A DNA stretch of 64,000 nt. Origin: Candidatus Parcubacteria bacterium. Its GTDB lineage: Bacteria; Patescibacteriota; Microgenomatia; UBA12405. How positions within the stretch are numbered: the first letter of the stretch is position 1; every line of letters begins with the position of its first letter. Of this stretch, positions 1 through 9,456 are shown in pieces. Both the position numbers and the translations under genes were made by a program. The notes under the pieces are model-generated. The model did no database searches, was not told the DNA's origin, and saw only the letters and a program-made list of their open reading frames with translations. The stretch spans positions 2,391 through 66,390 of the forward strand of contig JAEZTF010000007.1 of assembly GCA_023443725.1 (NCBI GenBank), read 5' to 3'.

Positions 1-18
1 CTAGCTATTAACTAATTG

Positions 19-432
19 CTAATTAACTTCTTTTGAAAAAAACTTATTAACTTTTATATTTTTTCCATCGGCCCAATTAACCGTTATTATTGCTGTAACA
101 CATTCATTAATATCACAACCATTACCGTTATATTCACTATAACCGACATCGTAAGAATAACCAGAAAAATTAGGTAAAGTTTCTCCAGTTTTAATATTTT
201 TTTCCCAAAAATAAGTACTATTATTTTTCTTTTGGTCAATTAAATCTTCCATCACTATTTCAGCCATTTCCATAGCTTTTTTTCGATCAAAAGTACGACT
301 TTTAACTCCAATAGAATTAGCTATTAAAACTACTGCCCCTGTAATCACCAACGCTACAACTGTAATAGCAAATACCATTTCCACCATACTTTGTCCTTTT
401 TGATTTTTTTTAATTACAATTATTTTTTTCAT
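19..432 (-). CDS. Pilin-like protein with atypical prepilin leader (KG|QSMVE followed by a hydrophobic helix)
   Basis: The N-terminus MKKIIVIKKNQKGQSMVEMVFAITVVALVITGAV has Gly at -1 and Glu at +5 relative to a putative PilD cleavage site, then a hydrophobic segment. It is the last member of the pilin gene array, but lacks the canonical GFTLxE motif. Confidence 0.45.
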   Translation of the reverse strand: MKKIIVIKKNQKGQSMVEMVFAITVVALVITGAVVLIANSIGVKSRTFDRKKAMEMAEIVMEDLIDQKKNNSTYFWEKNIKTGETLPNFSGYSYDVGYSEYNGNGCDINECVTAIITVNWADGKNIKVNKFFSKEVN

Positions 433-910
433 AGATCAAACCAGTAGTTTCTATATAAATATATTTTTTATCGTCAGTATCATTATCTAAAGACAAAGAA
501 AGACACAATGGGGTACTAGTCAAAATGCCATTTCCATCAGTTAAACGGCCATTTTCTATCGAAAATCCAAACGAATTATTAGTTGTTATCGCTTTGTTAT
601 TTTTAACAAAATAAGGTTGTGCGCCACTATCAATAGTTACTGCATCCGTTCTCAAACTGGTTCCAACTGTCATTGTAACTAAAACAAATTTCAATGAATC
701 ATTAATACCATTTGGTAACTGATTAGTTAACGCCATGCTTCTAGACAAATTTAAACTATTAATCATTTCGTTTTTTAAACTATCCAGTTCTTGACTATTA
801 TTTAATTTATTTAAAGCAGCGGCTCCTATACCAGTTAAAATTATCATTACCGCCACTACCACCATTAATTCCACTAGAGTAAAGCCAAAAATATTTTTTA
901 TTTTTTTCAT
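410..910 (-). CDS. Type IV prepilin-type pseudopilin (GspG/ComGC-like)
   Basis: N-terminal GFTLVELMVVVAVMIIL matches the class III signal G|FTLxE plus a hydrophobic helix. It sits in a tandem array with the other pilins. Confidence 0.75.
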   Translation of the reverse strand: MKKIKNIFGFTLVELMVVVAVMIILTGIGAAALNKLNNSQELDSLKNEMINSLNLSRSMALTNQLPNGINDSLKFVLVTMTVGTSLRTDAVTIDSGAQPYFVKNNKAITTNNSFGFSIENGRLTDGNGILTSTPLCLSLSLDNDTDDKKYIYIETTGLIYEKNNCN

Positions 911-1314
911 TAAGGGTTAACCACTTTATAATTACAACTTCCACCTCCACAACTAAATGAGCTATTGTTAGTTGATCCTAAATCTTCCATGCTCGCTCCA
1001 ATTTGATAGGTATAATTTGTACCCGTATAAGGATAAGTCGATCCAGTTTTTGGATCCTTTGGAATTTGTGGTAATAAACTACTACCAATTAGAGAATTGC
1101 TAAAATTACTAGTTGACGGATAAGTTGATCCAATCTGTTTTAAAGACTCCAAAGCAATTCTCATTTTTTCTAAATCAGCCATTCTTCTAGAATCTCTAGC
1201 TTTTTTAGTCATTCCTCCAAAACTAACCACCGCCACTGCTGTCAATACGGCAATAATTGAAATTGTTACTAATAATTCAAAAAGAGTAAATCCATCTGTC
1301 CTTTTTTCTTTCAT
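910..1314 (-). CDS. Type IV prepilin-type pseudopilin (GspG-like)
   Basis: DGFTLFELLVTISIIAVL leader, followed by the RDSRRMADLEKMRIALE GspG-like helix motif. Confidence 0.75.
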   Translation of the reverse strand: MKEKRTDGFTLFELLVTISIIAVLTAVAVVSFGGMTKKARDSRRMADLEKMRIALESLKQIGSTYPSTSNFSNSLIGSSLLPQIPKDPKTGSTYPYTGTNYTYQIGASMEDLGSTNNSSFSCGGGSCNYKVVNP

Positions 1315-1389
1315 AATTAATTCTATCCTTTTTTTAAATAAATTTCCCCTTTTTCACTAAAAGGAGATACCTGAAGGAAAGGGAATTTC

Positions 1390-1827
1390 TTATTGTTGAT
1401 TTTTAACACAAAAATAATTAGTTATATTCACAAAATCACTACAATCTATAGCCGAATTAGCATTTTTTGAATCTTCCATTAAAGCACAAATACAATAATT
1501 CGAACTACTAAGGGTATTTGCCGTATAAACATAACTACCAGTATTTTTAGGATCAACTGGAAACTTAGCTAAAATCATTTGATTGTCCGGACCAGTCCAT
1601 CCAACATTAATCAAAGTTGGGTATTCATTGTTCAACAAATGATATTGTTCTGCTGCCGATTGAACCGATTTTAAGTCATTAATTCTACGTTGATCTCGAC
1701 CATTTTTTTGAGCTTTAGAAAAACTTAATGAAGCCAAAACAGTTAATATCGCAATTATAGAAATTGAAACTAATAATTCAATCAAAGTAAAACCTGTCTG
1801 CCAGCAGGCACAGCCATTTTTTTTCAT
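1390..1827 (-). CDS. Type IV prepilin-type pseudopilin
   Basis: TGFTLIELLVSISIIAIL leader, followed by RDQRRINDLKSV. The leader is longer than usual (MKKNGCACWQ). Confidence 0.7.
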   Translation of the reverse strand: MKKNGCACWQTGFTLIELLVSISIIAILTVLASLSFSKAQKNGRDQRRINDLKSVQSAAEQYHLLNNEYPTLINVGWTGPDNQMILAKFPVDPKNTGSYVYTANTLSSSNYCICALMEDSKNANSAIDCSDFVNITNYFCVKNQQ

Positions 1828-2378
1828 AACAAGTCGTCTCCTATTTTAATATTTGAACTACTAACTCCATAAACACACCCATTACTAACAGAATAATCAT
1901 CAACATCAGTTAGACAACTGCTGTCGTTCGTATTTTCTAAATTAGCAAACAATTTAAAAGATTTTCCTGTTGTACCACTAATATAACTATAACCTTGAAC
2001 ACTATTTGTAGTTTCTGTTGGTATTTCCACCATATAAGTTACAACTTTGCCACCAACACTTGCCGAAAAACCCACTCCCGCCATTGTTAAATCTAAATTA
2101 GTAGATCCATATGGAAAACTTCCAACATCATTGTAATACATGTTTAAAGCTTTAGAAATTGAATTTAAATCATTTTTTCTTCTGACATCTCTTGATTTTG
2201 TTTGTGCCGTCCTAAAAGAAGAAATTGCTACTACCGTCAACACACTCATGATTGAAATTACCACCAACAGTTCTACTAAAGTAAACCCTTTTTGTTTTAA
2301 GATTGCTCCCTTTTTTAAGGGGAGCTGTTTCGATTTTAATCGAAACTGAGGGGTTTGTTCATTAAATTTATTTTTCAT
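1824..2378 (-). CDS. Type IV prepilin-type pseudopilin with a long (~30 aa) leader
   Basis: KGFTLVELLVVISIMSVL is preceded by a 30-residue basic leader. It is followed by SRDVRRKNDLNSISKALNMYYND, a GspG-like motif. The true start may be internal or non-ATG. Confidence 0.7.
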   Translation of the reverse strand: MKNKFNEQTPQFRLKSKQLPLKKGAILKQKGFTLVELLVVISIMSVLTVVAISSFRTAQTKSRDVRRKNDLNSISKALNMYYNDVGSFPYGSTNLDLTMAGVGFSASVGGKVVTYMVEIPTETTNSVQGYSYISGTTGKSFKLFANLENTNDSSCLTDVDDYSVSNGCVYGVSSSNIKIGDDLL

Positions 2379-2380
2379 TT

Positions 2381-2797
2381 TTAATTAGTACACACAGCAT
2401 AGACACCTGGTGTGGGAGTTAAATTACAATTAATTTGAGACTCGTTTGAATTATTAGAACCACTTTCCAAAGGTACTGTTAATATAAATCCATCACCACT
2501 ATCTAATTGACTATAAGTATAGCCAATACTAGATATATTTGGTAAATAACTAGAACCTATAGCAGTATTTAAACAATCGAAGCAATTAGTTCCTGTTGGA
2601 TAAGATTGATTGTCGTTATAATACATTCTCAAGGCATTTTTAATCGAATTAAGATCTTGAACTTTTTTGGAATCATTGGCTTTTTCTCTAGTTCCTACAA
2701 AATTTACCATCAACAAAGTTGTTAATATTCCTATAATCGAAATCACCACTAACAATTCCACCAATGTAAATCCTTTATTTAATTTACTTTTTTTCAT
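2381..2797 (-). CDS. Type IV prepilin-type pseudopilin (GspG-like)
   Basis: KGFTLVELLVVISIIGIL leader, followed by NDSKKVQDLNSIKNALRMYYND. Confidence 0.75.
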   Translation of the reverse strand: MKKSKLNKGFTLVELLVVISIIGILTTLLMVNFVGTREKANDSKKVQDLNSIKNALRMYYNDNQSYPTGTNCFDCLNTAIGSSYLPNISSIGYTYSQLDSGDGFILTVPLESGSNNSNESQINCNLTPTPGVYAVCTN

Positions 2798-2808
2798 TTT
2801 TTATTTTA

Positions 2809-3231
2809 CTAATTACTAACAACTGCTGATATTTTGTTTTCATAGCAATATTTTTTACCATCACAATCAAAAGATTTATCAAAGCAATCAACATCCTTTT
2901 TATTTTCTAAATTAGTCAATAAAGCAAAAGTTTGTTTATCATATTGTTTATAACAATATTGATTATCAATATAATTTTCCTTAGGAACTTGTTTCATATA
3001 AATATAATCTCCATCTTTCCATTCTTTTCCCCATAAACCATTGATCAACTTTTCTTCAGGCAACTTTCCATAATCAGCATAGTATAATCTTATAACTTTT
3101 GATAATTCATGCAAACTTGATTTTCTTTCTACATCTCTTGATTTTTTTTCCGCCAAATCAAATTGGCTCCAAGTAATCCAACTCAAAACGAAAACTACTA
3201 ATACTACAATAAAAAATTCTACTTTCTTCAT
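2809..3231 (-). CDS. Pilin-domain paralog lacking the prepilin cleavage motif (hydrophobic N-terminus only)
   Basis: It has the shared post-helix motif SRDVERKSSLHELSKVIRLYYADYG that matches neighbouring pilins. The N-terminus MKKVEFFIVVLVVFVLSWITW has no G-F-T-L-x-E. Confidence 0.45.
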   Translation of the reverse strand: MKKVEFFIVVLVVFVLSWITWSQFDLAEKKSRDVERKSSLHELSKVIRLYYADYGKLPEEKLINGLWGKEWKDGDYIYMKQVPKENYIDNQYCYKQYDKQTFALLTNLENKKDVDCFDKSFDCDGKKYCYENKISAVVSN

Positions 3232-3309
3232 TAGTTAATGATAATACTTTTTTAACCTAATTACAGCCAGCACCACAATAATCTATCCTAAATTATTACA
3301 AACTTAATT

Positions 3310-3789
3310 TTATATATCTGTATTCCAAGAAATATTAGAGCTAGAAACTCCATAATTAACTTCATTAATATTATAACCATCAATTTCATAAGAAACATCG
3401 TGGTTATACCAACCAGAAGGAATAGATCCATCTTTTTTGTTTTCCAAATTAGTCAAAACTTTAAAATATTTCCCATTATCACTCACCCAAATATAGTAAG
3501 GATTACCATTAGGATCACATGGCCAGGGATTTAAGTATGAATTAAAAATAGAACTTTTACAATTTGTTTTTATATTCCAATTTCCAATATCAATTGGATA
3601 AACTCCTTTGTCATTAAAATATTCTTCAAAAGATTTTCTAATTGCATCCAAATCTCTTTTTCTTCGAGAGTCATTTGTTTTTCCAAGTAAACCAGCTGGA
3701 TTAATGATTCCTACTAAAATAACAATTAAAATCATCAAGATAGCCATCACTATCAACAATTCCATCAAAGTAAAACCTTTATTTTTCAT
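3310..3789 (-). CDS. Type IV prepilin-type pseudopilin
   Basis: NKGFTLMELLIVMAILMIL leader, followed by NDSRRKRDLDAIRKSFEEYFND. The start is placed at the internal ATG (MKNKGFTL) rather than the ORF-track start at 3828. Confidence 0.7.
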   Translation of the reverse strand: MKNKGFTLMELLIVMAILMILIVILVGIINPAGLLGKTNDSRRKRDLDAIRKSFEEYFNDKGVYPIDIGNWNIKTNCKSSIFNSYLNPWPCDPNGNPYYIWVSDNGKYFKVLTNLENKKDGSIPSGWYNHDVSYEIDGYNINEVNYGVSSSNISWNTDI

Positions 3790-3832
3790 AATTAATTTTA
3801 CCTTTTTTCTAAGATCTAACATCAACAATCTA

Positions 3833-4609
3833 TCATCTTATCAAATTAATAATTTGATCACCCCAAATCCAAGCTATTATTGTCCCAAAAATTAAAAATG
3901 GACCAAAAGCAATTTTACTTTTCTTGTTAATTTTTTTTAAAATCATACCAACTACTCCCACAAGTGCTCCGATTATAAAAGCTATATATATAGCCACCAA
4001 TATCTTAGGCCAACCAAGAAACAATCCCATAAAAACAGCTAACTTTACATCACCAAAACCCATTCCTTTTTTTTTAGTAATCAAATATAAAAACAAAAAA
4101 AAGCCACCAGAAATTATTGCTGAAATCAAATAGGGAATTATATTTGGTTCATCAAAAACAACTCCCAAAAAAGAAATAATTATAAGAGTTGCTACCGCAA
4201 AATCCGGCAAAATCATATATTTGAAATCAAATACAGCTAAAAAAACCAACAAAACAATTATTAAAAATCCTGATACTAATTGTAAGGGCGACTCTTGTGG
4301 TCGCCCAAAAAAATAATAAATCAAAAATAAAATTCCTGTCATTATTTCCACAATAGGGTAGAGTGTTGATAATTTTTTAAGACAACATCTTGATTTTCCT
4401 CCTTGTAATAACCAAGAAATTATCGGAACATTTTCATACCAAGATAATTGTTTTCCACAGAAATCACAGTGACTTCTATTGTTATTTTTTACTTTGAATT
4501 TATCTTTTTCCAATTTATATTTCCTAGCTACTCTATAAACTAACATGTTTACAAAACTTCCAAGACACAAACCCAATATAAAAATCATTGTTAATATAAA
4601 CAATTCCAT
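3833..4609 (-). CDS. pilD: Prepilin peptidase (A24 family, PilD/ComC)
   Basis: N-terminal zinc-binding cysteine motif CDFCGKQL...SRCC. It is a multi-TM protein with GFGDVKL, an aspartyl-protease-like motif. It lies between the pilin genes. Confidence 0.85.
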   Translation of the reverse strand: MELFILTMIFILGLCLGSFVNMLVYRVARKYKLEKDKFKVKNNNRSHCDFCGKQLSWYENVPIISWLLQGGKSRCCLKKLSTLYPIVEIMTGILFLIYYFFGRPQESPLQLVSGFLIIVLLVFLAVFDFKYMILPDFAVATLIIISFLGVVFDEPNIIPYLISAIISGGFFLFLYLITKKKGMGFGDVKLAVFMGLFLGWPKILVAIYIAFIIGALVGVVGMILKKINKKSKIAFGPFLIFGTIIAWIWGDQIINLIR

Positions 4610-4620
4610 AAACTAATTCT

Positions 4621-4647
4621 AACAAAAACCCCTCTTTAAAAGAGGGG
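4621..4647 (-). terminator. Rho-independent terminator downstream of the major pilin gene
   Basis: On the minus strand the stem is CCCCTCT..AGAGGGG with a 5-nt loop, followed by TTTTTGTT. It lies between pilA and pilD. Confidence 0.5.
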
Positions 4648-4670
4648 TTCAAAATCAAATCAAAAATATT

Positions 4671-5327
4671 TTATTGTGGTACACATCTAAATAAACTAAC
4701 ATTGTCTGTAACAGTAGCATACGTCGCATCTATAATTTGTTGATCCGTCGCGTCTACAATTGTCGTTGGTAAACCATTAGTTATAGTCAAAGCCTTAAGT
4801 TTAAAACCAGCTGTATTAGTTCTATTAACTTTAGCTTTTGGTACAAAACAAACATAGATATTATTACCAGCAGTAGAGGATTGCTTAATCAAGAAAAGAG
4901 TATTCTCTGGTTTGTAGTTAGCACCTATAATGGTATATTCCTTATTTAAGAAAGATGATTTCAATTCATCTGAGGTAACCAAAGCACCAGGCGTAGTTGA
5001 TGTTGTACATAAATCATTTTTAGTTGTAGCACTAGCATTGGTACATAAACCAAATCCTGCTTCATTAGCCTTACTAAAAAAAGCAGCATCCACTGTATCA
5101 GTCTCATCGTCCATCAAATCTAGCCAAGGATATGAATTTTTACTAGCATAATATCTCTCATAAGCTGATAGAACTTCAGCAGCATCATTTTGGACTTTTG
5201 CATCTCTTGCTTTATTAGTCTGTTCTATAGGATTAATAGTTGCCAATACTGCCACCGACAAAATAGCTATCAAAGCAATAACGATCAACAACTCTACTAA
5301 AGTAAAACCATTTTTATTCATTTTCAT
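4671..5327 (-). CDS. pilA: Major type IV pilin candidate (PilA-like)
   Basis: NGFTLVELLIVIALIAIL leader. Its position between pilC and the terminator is typical of a major pilin. At 218 aa it is the largest pilin in the locus. Confidence 0.7.
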   Translation of the reverse strand: MKMNKNGFTLVELLIVIALIAILSVAVLATINPIEQTNKARDAKVQNDAAEVLSAYERYYASKNSYPWLDLMDDETDTVDAAFFSKANEAGFGLCTNASATTKNDLCTTSTTPGALVTSDELKSSFLNKEYTIIGANYKPENTLFLIKQSSTAGNNIYVCFVPKAKVNRTNTAGFKLKALTITNGLPTTIVDATDQQIIDATYATVTDNVSLFRCVPQ

Positions 5328-5369
5328 TTTTTCAATAAAATTTTAATATCTAACATTCATTATTTACTA

Positions 5370-6581
5370 CTAAAATTGGGATGTCAAGTTGTAGATAGGC
5401 ATTACTACCGCCACCATCAAAAAAGCTACCCCTAAACCCAATACAATCATTATTAAAGGTTCAATTGCAGAAGTTAAAGATTTTACTGATTGTTCAGCCT
5501 CTGTAGCAAAATAATCTGCCACCCTTAACAAAACTTCATCTAATTTTCCTGTGGCTTCTCCGGTTGCCACCATTTGATTAACCACTACAGGGAAAATACC
5601 AGTTTCTTCAAATGAATTAGCAATTGAAAAACCTTTTTGAACTCTTTCAGCAATTTGTAAATAAGCCCGATTAAAAACTTCATTTCCTGATACATTAGCC
5701 ACAATTCTTAAAGTATCTACTAAAGGAATTCCAGCAGACAACAACATCGACATAGTTCTAATCGTGCTAGCTAATATGTTTCTTTGGTTTAATATTCCTA
5801 TTATAGGCAATTTTATCTTAAAATCATCTATTTTAAACCTAAATTTGTCATTTTTATATCCAATTTTAAATAACAAAAATCCTCCTCCAACTAATACTGG
5901 AATAAAAATCCAAAATTTAGTCATAAAATTAGACATCGACATCATTATCTTTGTTGCTGCTGGCATATCAGCTCCAAAATCTCCATATAAACCAAGCAAT
6001 TTCGGAATTACAAATACCATCATTATTACCACCACGACTAACATACCAATAACCACTATAATCGGATAAATCATTGCCCCTTTTACTTTACTTGAAAATT
6101 CATTTTGTTTTTCTAAAGTATCAGCTAATTTTGATAATATTTCTTCTAATACACCACCTTCTTCTCCGGCATCAATAGAAGCAATATATGCTTCACCAAA
6201 AATCTTCTTATATTTATTCAAACCATCAGCCAACGATTGTCCTCCTTGTACAGCAGTTAAAACATGATCAAGTATTTCAAACATTAAACTATTTTTAGTC
6301 GCTTGATTTTTTAATAAATTTAAAGCGTCAGTTAGGGCCAATCCTGAATTCATCATAGTCGATAATTGTCGTGTCAAATTTGACACTTGTTTTACTCCGA
6401 CTTTAGAAAATAAATTTCGAGATATTCCTCCAAGCAATGTCTGACTTTCTTCATTTACAGATAGAGGAATTAGACCACCCTCTCTAATAGATTCAATAAC
6501 TGCTGATTTTTCAGGTAAATCTACTACTCCTTTGATCAATTTTCCATTCCAGTCTTTAGCTCTATAAACAAATCTCGTCAT
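5370..6581 (-). CDS. pilC: Type IV pilus assembly platform protein PilC (GspF family)
   Basis: About 400 aa with two GspF repeats and three TM segments, and pattern matches to PilC/GspF (e.g. the LLxAGIPLVD-like segment). Confidence 0.9.
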   Translation of the reverse strand: MTRFVYRAKDWNGKLIKGVVDLPEKSAVIESIREGGLIPLSVNEESQTLLGGISRNLFSKVGVKQVSNLTRQLSTMMNSGLALTDALNLLKNQATKNSLMFEILDHVLTAVQGGQSLADGLNKYKKIFGEAYIASIDAGEEGGVLEEILSKLADTLEKQNEFSSKVKGAMIYPIIVVIGMLVVVVIMMVFVIPKLLGLYGDFGADMPAATKIMMSMSNFMTKFWIFIPVLVGGGFLLFKIGYKNDKFRFKIDDFKIKLPIIGILNQRNILASTIRTMSMLLSAGIPLVDTLRIVANVSGNEVFNRAYLQIAERVQKGFSIANSFEETGIFPVVVNQMVATGEATGKLDEVLLRVADYFATEAEQSVKSLTSAIEPLIMIVLGLGVAFLMVAVVMPIYNLTSQF

Positions 6582-7648
6582 AATATTTTTTTATTTCTTA
6601 ACCTATTATTAAAATCCAACGGATTTGAAGAAAAATTAACTGCTACCTCTTGAGAAATTTTTCCTTCTAAAACTAATTTTGCTAAATAACTATCCAAACT
6701 AACCATTCCAGCCTCTGCACTAGTTTGAATAATATTATCTATCATAAAAGTTTTACCCTCACGAATAATATTCTTAACGGCCGAATTACTCATTAATATC
6801 TCAAGTGCCGGAATCATTCCACCACCAAGTGCTGGCACTAATCTTTGTGATACTACTGCTGTTATTACCGAAGATAATTGAATTTTAATCTGTTCTTTGG
6901 CTCCCGACGGGAATACATCGATGATTCTATCAATTGTTTGAGCCGCAGAGTTGGTATGTAACACTGAAAAAACTAAATGACCAGTTTCAGCAATTGTCAA
7001 AGCCGACTGAATTGACTCTAAATCTCTCATTTCACCAATAAAAACCACATTTGGATCTTGTCTTAAACAAGATCTCAAAGCTCGACTAAAATCACCAGTA
7101 TCATTACCCAATTCTCTTTGAGAAATAATTGATTTATTAGATTTAATTATATATTCCACCGGATCTTCAATTGTCACAATATGACTATTTCTTGTCTTAT
7201 TTATTTCATCCAAAATTGCTGCCACGGTAGTTGATTTACCATGACCAGTCGGACCAGTAACCAAAACAAATCCTTGCTTTAAATTTGCAAAGTTTCTCAA
7301 TAGATTTGGCAACTGTAATTCTTCAAAAGAGGGAATTCTAGATGCAATTAACCTCAATGAGCAGGCTAAACTATCTTGTTGGTAATAAATATTAGCCCTA
7401 AAACGAGACTCATCAGTTTCAAAAGAAAAATCTATTTCTTTTAAAGAAGTCAATTCAGCTTTTTTCTTTTCATCAAGCAAAGATTCAATCATTTCTTTTA
7501 TTAAAGAATCTTCCATTTGAGTCATATTTGGAGCATTAACCAATTCTCCGTTTAATCTAAATTTAGGTACTACTCCTTTCATTAAGTGAACATCCGAAGT
7601 TTTATTAGCTACTGCCAGTTTTAAAATTTCTTGTAATTTTGTATGCAT
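6578..7648 (-). CDS. pilT: Twitching motility ATPase PilT
   Basis: 356 aa with Walker A GPTGHGKSTT, plus the Asp box and His box, and the PilT signature AIRNLIREGK-like motif (NIIREGK). Confidence 0.85.
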   Translation of the reverse strand: MHTKLQEILKLAVANKTSDVHLMKGVVPKFRLNGELVNAPNMTQMEDSLIKEMIESLLDEKKKAELTSLKEIDFSFETDESRFRANIYYQQDSLACSLRLIASRIPSFEELQLPNLLRNFANLKQGFVLVTGPTGHGKSTTVAAILDEINKTRNSHIVTIEDPVEYIIKSNKSIISQRELGNDTGDFSRALRSCLRQDPNVVFIGEMRDLESIQSALTIAETGHLVFSVLHTNSAAQTIDRIIDVFPSGAKEQIKIQLSSVITAVVSQRLVPALGGGMIPALEILMSNSAVKNIIREGKTFMIDNIIQTSAEAGMVSLDSYLAKLVLEGKISQEVAVNFSSNPLDFNNRLRNKKIL

Positions 7649-7689
7649 TTTATTTTTTGTTTTACTATTTACTACTAACTAATTACTAA

Positions 7690-9429
7690 TTAATATTGGG
7701 CCACTCTAATAACTTCATCAATAGTGGTCACTCCTTCTAATACCTTAACGTAACCATCTTGCTTCATTGTTAACATTCCTTCTTCCATAGCTTGTTTTTG
7801 TATATCCAAAGCAGCTGCTTTTTCAATAATTAATTTACTAATTTTTTCTGATATTGGCATTACCTCATATATAGCTATTCTTCCTAAATAACCAGTATTA
7901 TTACATTTTTCACAGCCTACAATTTTAGGAATAGTCATAGCCTTACCATCTTTTTTAAATTTATCTTCTAACAAATTATAAACAGGCCCTAAAGTTTTTT
8001 TCATATCATCCATTATTTGTGGCGTCATTTCCATTTCTCCAGCACAGTTTTTGCAAACTCTTCTCAAAACTCTCTGTCCAACCACACAATTTAATGAAGA
8101 CACTAATAAAAATGGTTCTGCTCCCATATCTAATAATCTTGGAGGGACTCCAGAAGCATCATTAGTATGTAAAGTTGAAAAAACTAAATGACCAGTCAAA
8201 GCCGCATTAATAGCCAAATCGGCCGTCTCAGTATCACGAATTTCTCCAACCATTATTACATTTGGATCTTGTCGTAAAAATGATCTTAATGCCGAAGCAA
8301 AAGTTAACCCTGCTTGAGTGTTAACTTGCACCTGGTTTACCCCTTTCATTTGATATTCTACTGGATCTTCAATTGTTACTACATTAACCTTTGTTGTTGC
8401 CACAATATCCAAAATAGAATATAAAGTAGTTGTCTTACCAGAACCAGTTGGTCCACAAACAATAATAATTCCATGTGGTCTTTGAATTGAATTCATTAGG
8501 TTCTTCAATGCTAATCCTCGTAAACCCAAGTCTGGCAATGTTGGTACTTTTTGTGATTTTTGAAGCAAACGCATTACCACTTTCTCTCCATAAGTAGTTG
8601 GTAAAGTAGAAACACGTAAATCCACATCACTCCCATCAACAGAAAAAAAGAAACGACCATCTTGAGGCACGCGCTTCTCATCAATTTTTAAGTTTGACAA
8701 AATTTTTATTCTAGAAACCACGGCATCATGGACATTTCTTGGAAGTAAATATTTTTCCTGTAAAATTCCATCAATTCTATATCTTACTCGAACATTTTCT
8801 TCTTGTGGTTCAACATGTACATCAGAAGCTCTAGACTTAACTGCATACTCCAAAATAGTTGATACAATTTTAGCCACTGGTGCTTCAATAGCAACTTCTT
8901 CTTGAACTCTCTTCATCTCCCGTTCTTCATCTTTTCTTTCATTCAATGCTTTGTTTACCTCAGAAGTAATTTTTTTCTCTCTAATATATTTTTCCCTAAC
9001 AAAGGCAGAAATTTGTTTTTCTGTCGACATCGATACATTTATCTTTAAATTAGTTCTTTTTTCTAAAAATTCTATTGTCTCTAAATCAAGTGGGTTAGCC
9101 ATGGTCACAAACAAAATTTTTTCTTTAGGATCAAAACGATAGGGGACTATATTATACTTTTGAGCCACACTTTCGGGTACTAAATTTAAAGCTTCTGGAG
9201 AAAAACCAATATTATCTAAATCCACAAAAGGAACTCTCAAAAAACTTGCTTTTGCTTTTATTAATTCATCTTCTGATACTAACTTTAATTCTTTTATTGC
9301 TTCTTCTTCTGTTTCACCAGTCTTAAGTTGTCGTAAGTTTATTTCTTTAGATTGATCAGAATTGATTAGTTTTAAACCTAACAAAGCTTCAGTTAAGTTC
9401 TTATATATTTTTGGGGCGGCATTATCCAT
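7690..9429 (-). CDS. pilB: Type IV pilus assembly ATPase PilB (GspE family)
   Basis: 579 aa with Walker A GPTGSGKTTT, a tetracysteine zinc motif (CKNC...CEKC) and an N-terminal GspII-like domain. Confidence 0.9.
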   Translation of the reverse strand: MDNAAPKIYKNLTEALLGLKLINSDQSKEINLRQLKTGETEEEAIKELKLVSEDELIKAKASFLRVPFVDLDNIGFSPEALNLVPESVAQKYNIVPYRFDPKEKILFVTMANPLDLETIEFLEKRTNLKINVSMSTEKQISAFVREKYIREKKITSEVNKALNERKDEEREMKRVQEEVAIEAPVAKIVSTILEYAVKSRASDVHVEPQEENVRVRYRIDGILQEKYLLPRNVHDAVVSRIKILSNLKIDEKRVPQDGRFFFSVDGSDVDLRVSTLPTTYGEKVVMRLLQKSQKVPTLPDLGLRGLALKNLMNSIQRPHGIIIVCGPTGSGKTTTLYSILDIVATTKVNVVTIEDPVEYQMKGVNQVQVNTQAGLTFASALRSFLRQDPNVIMVGEIRDTETADLAINAALTGHLVFSTLHTNDASGVPPRLLDMGAEPFLLVSSLNCVVGQRVLRRVCKNCAGEMEMTPQIMDDMKKTLGPVYNLLEDKFKKDGKAMTIPKIVGCEKCNNTGYLGRIAIYEVMPISEKISKLIIEKAAALDIQKQAMEEGMLTMKQDGYVKVLEGVTTIDEVIRVAQY

Positions 9430-9456
9430 AATTGTATATATAATAATAGTACCAAA

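Noticed and set aside
2140-6069. Plus-strand ORFs (2140-2349, 3608-3895, 3924-4133, 4930-5151, 5764-6069) inside the pilus locus
   Set aside because: They are antisense to well-supported minus-strand genes (pilins, pilD, pilC) and give low-complexity translations. They are spurious shadow ORFs.
9430-9456. Assigning specific divergent promoters in the 27-bp pilB-holB gap
   Set aside because: TATAAT-like strings are abundant in this AT-rich spacer. Hexamers cannot be assigned without transcription start data.
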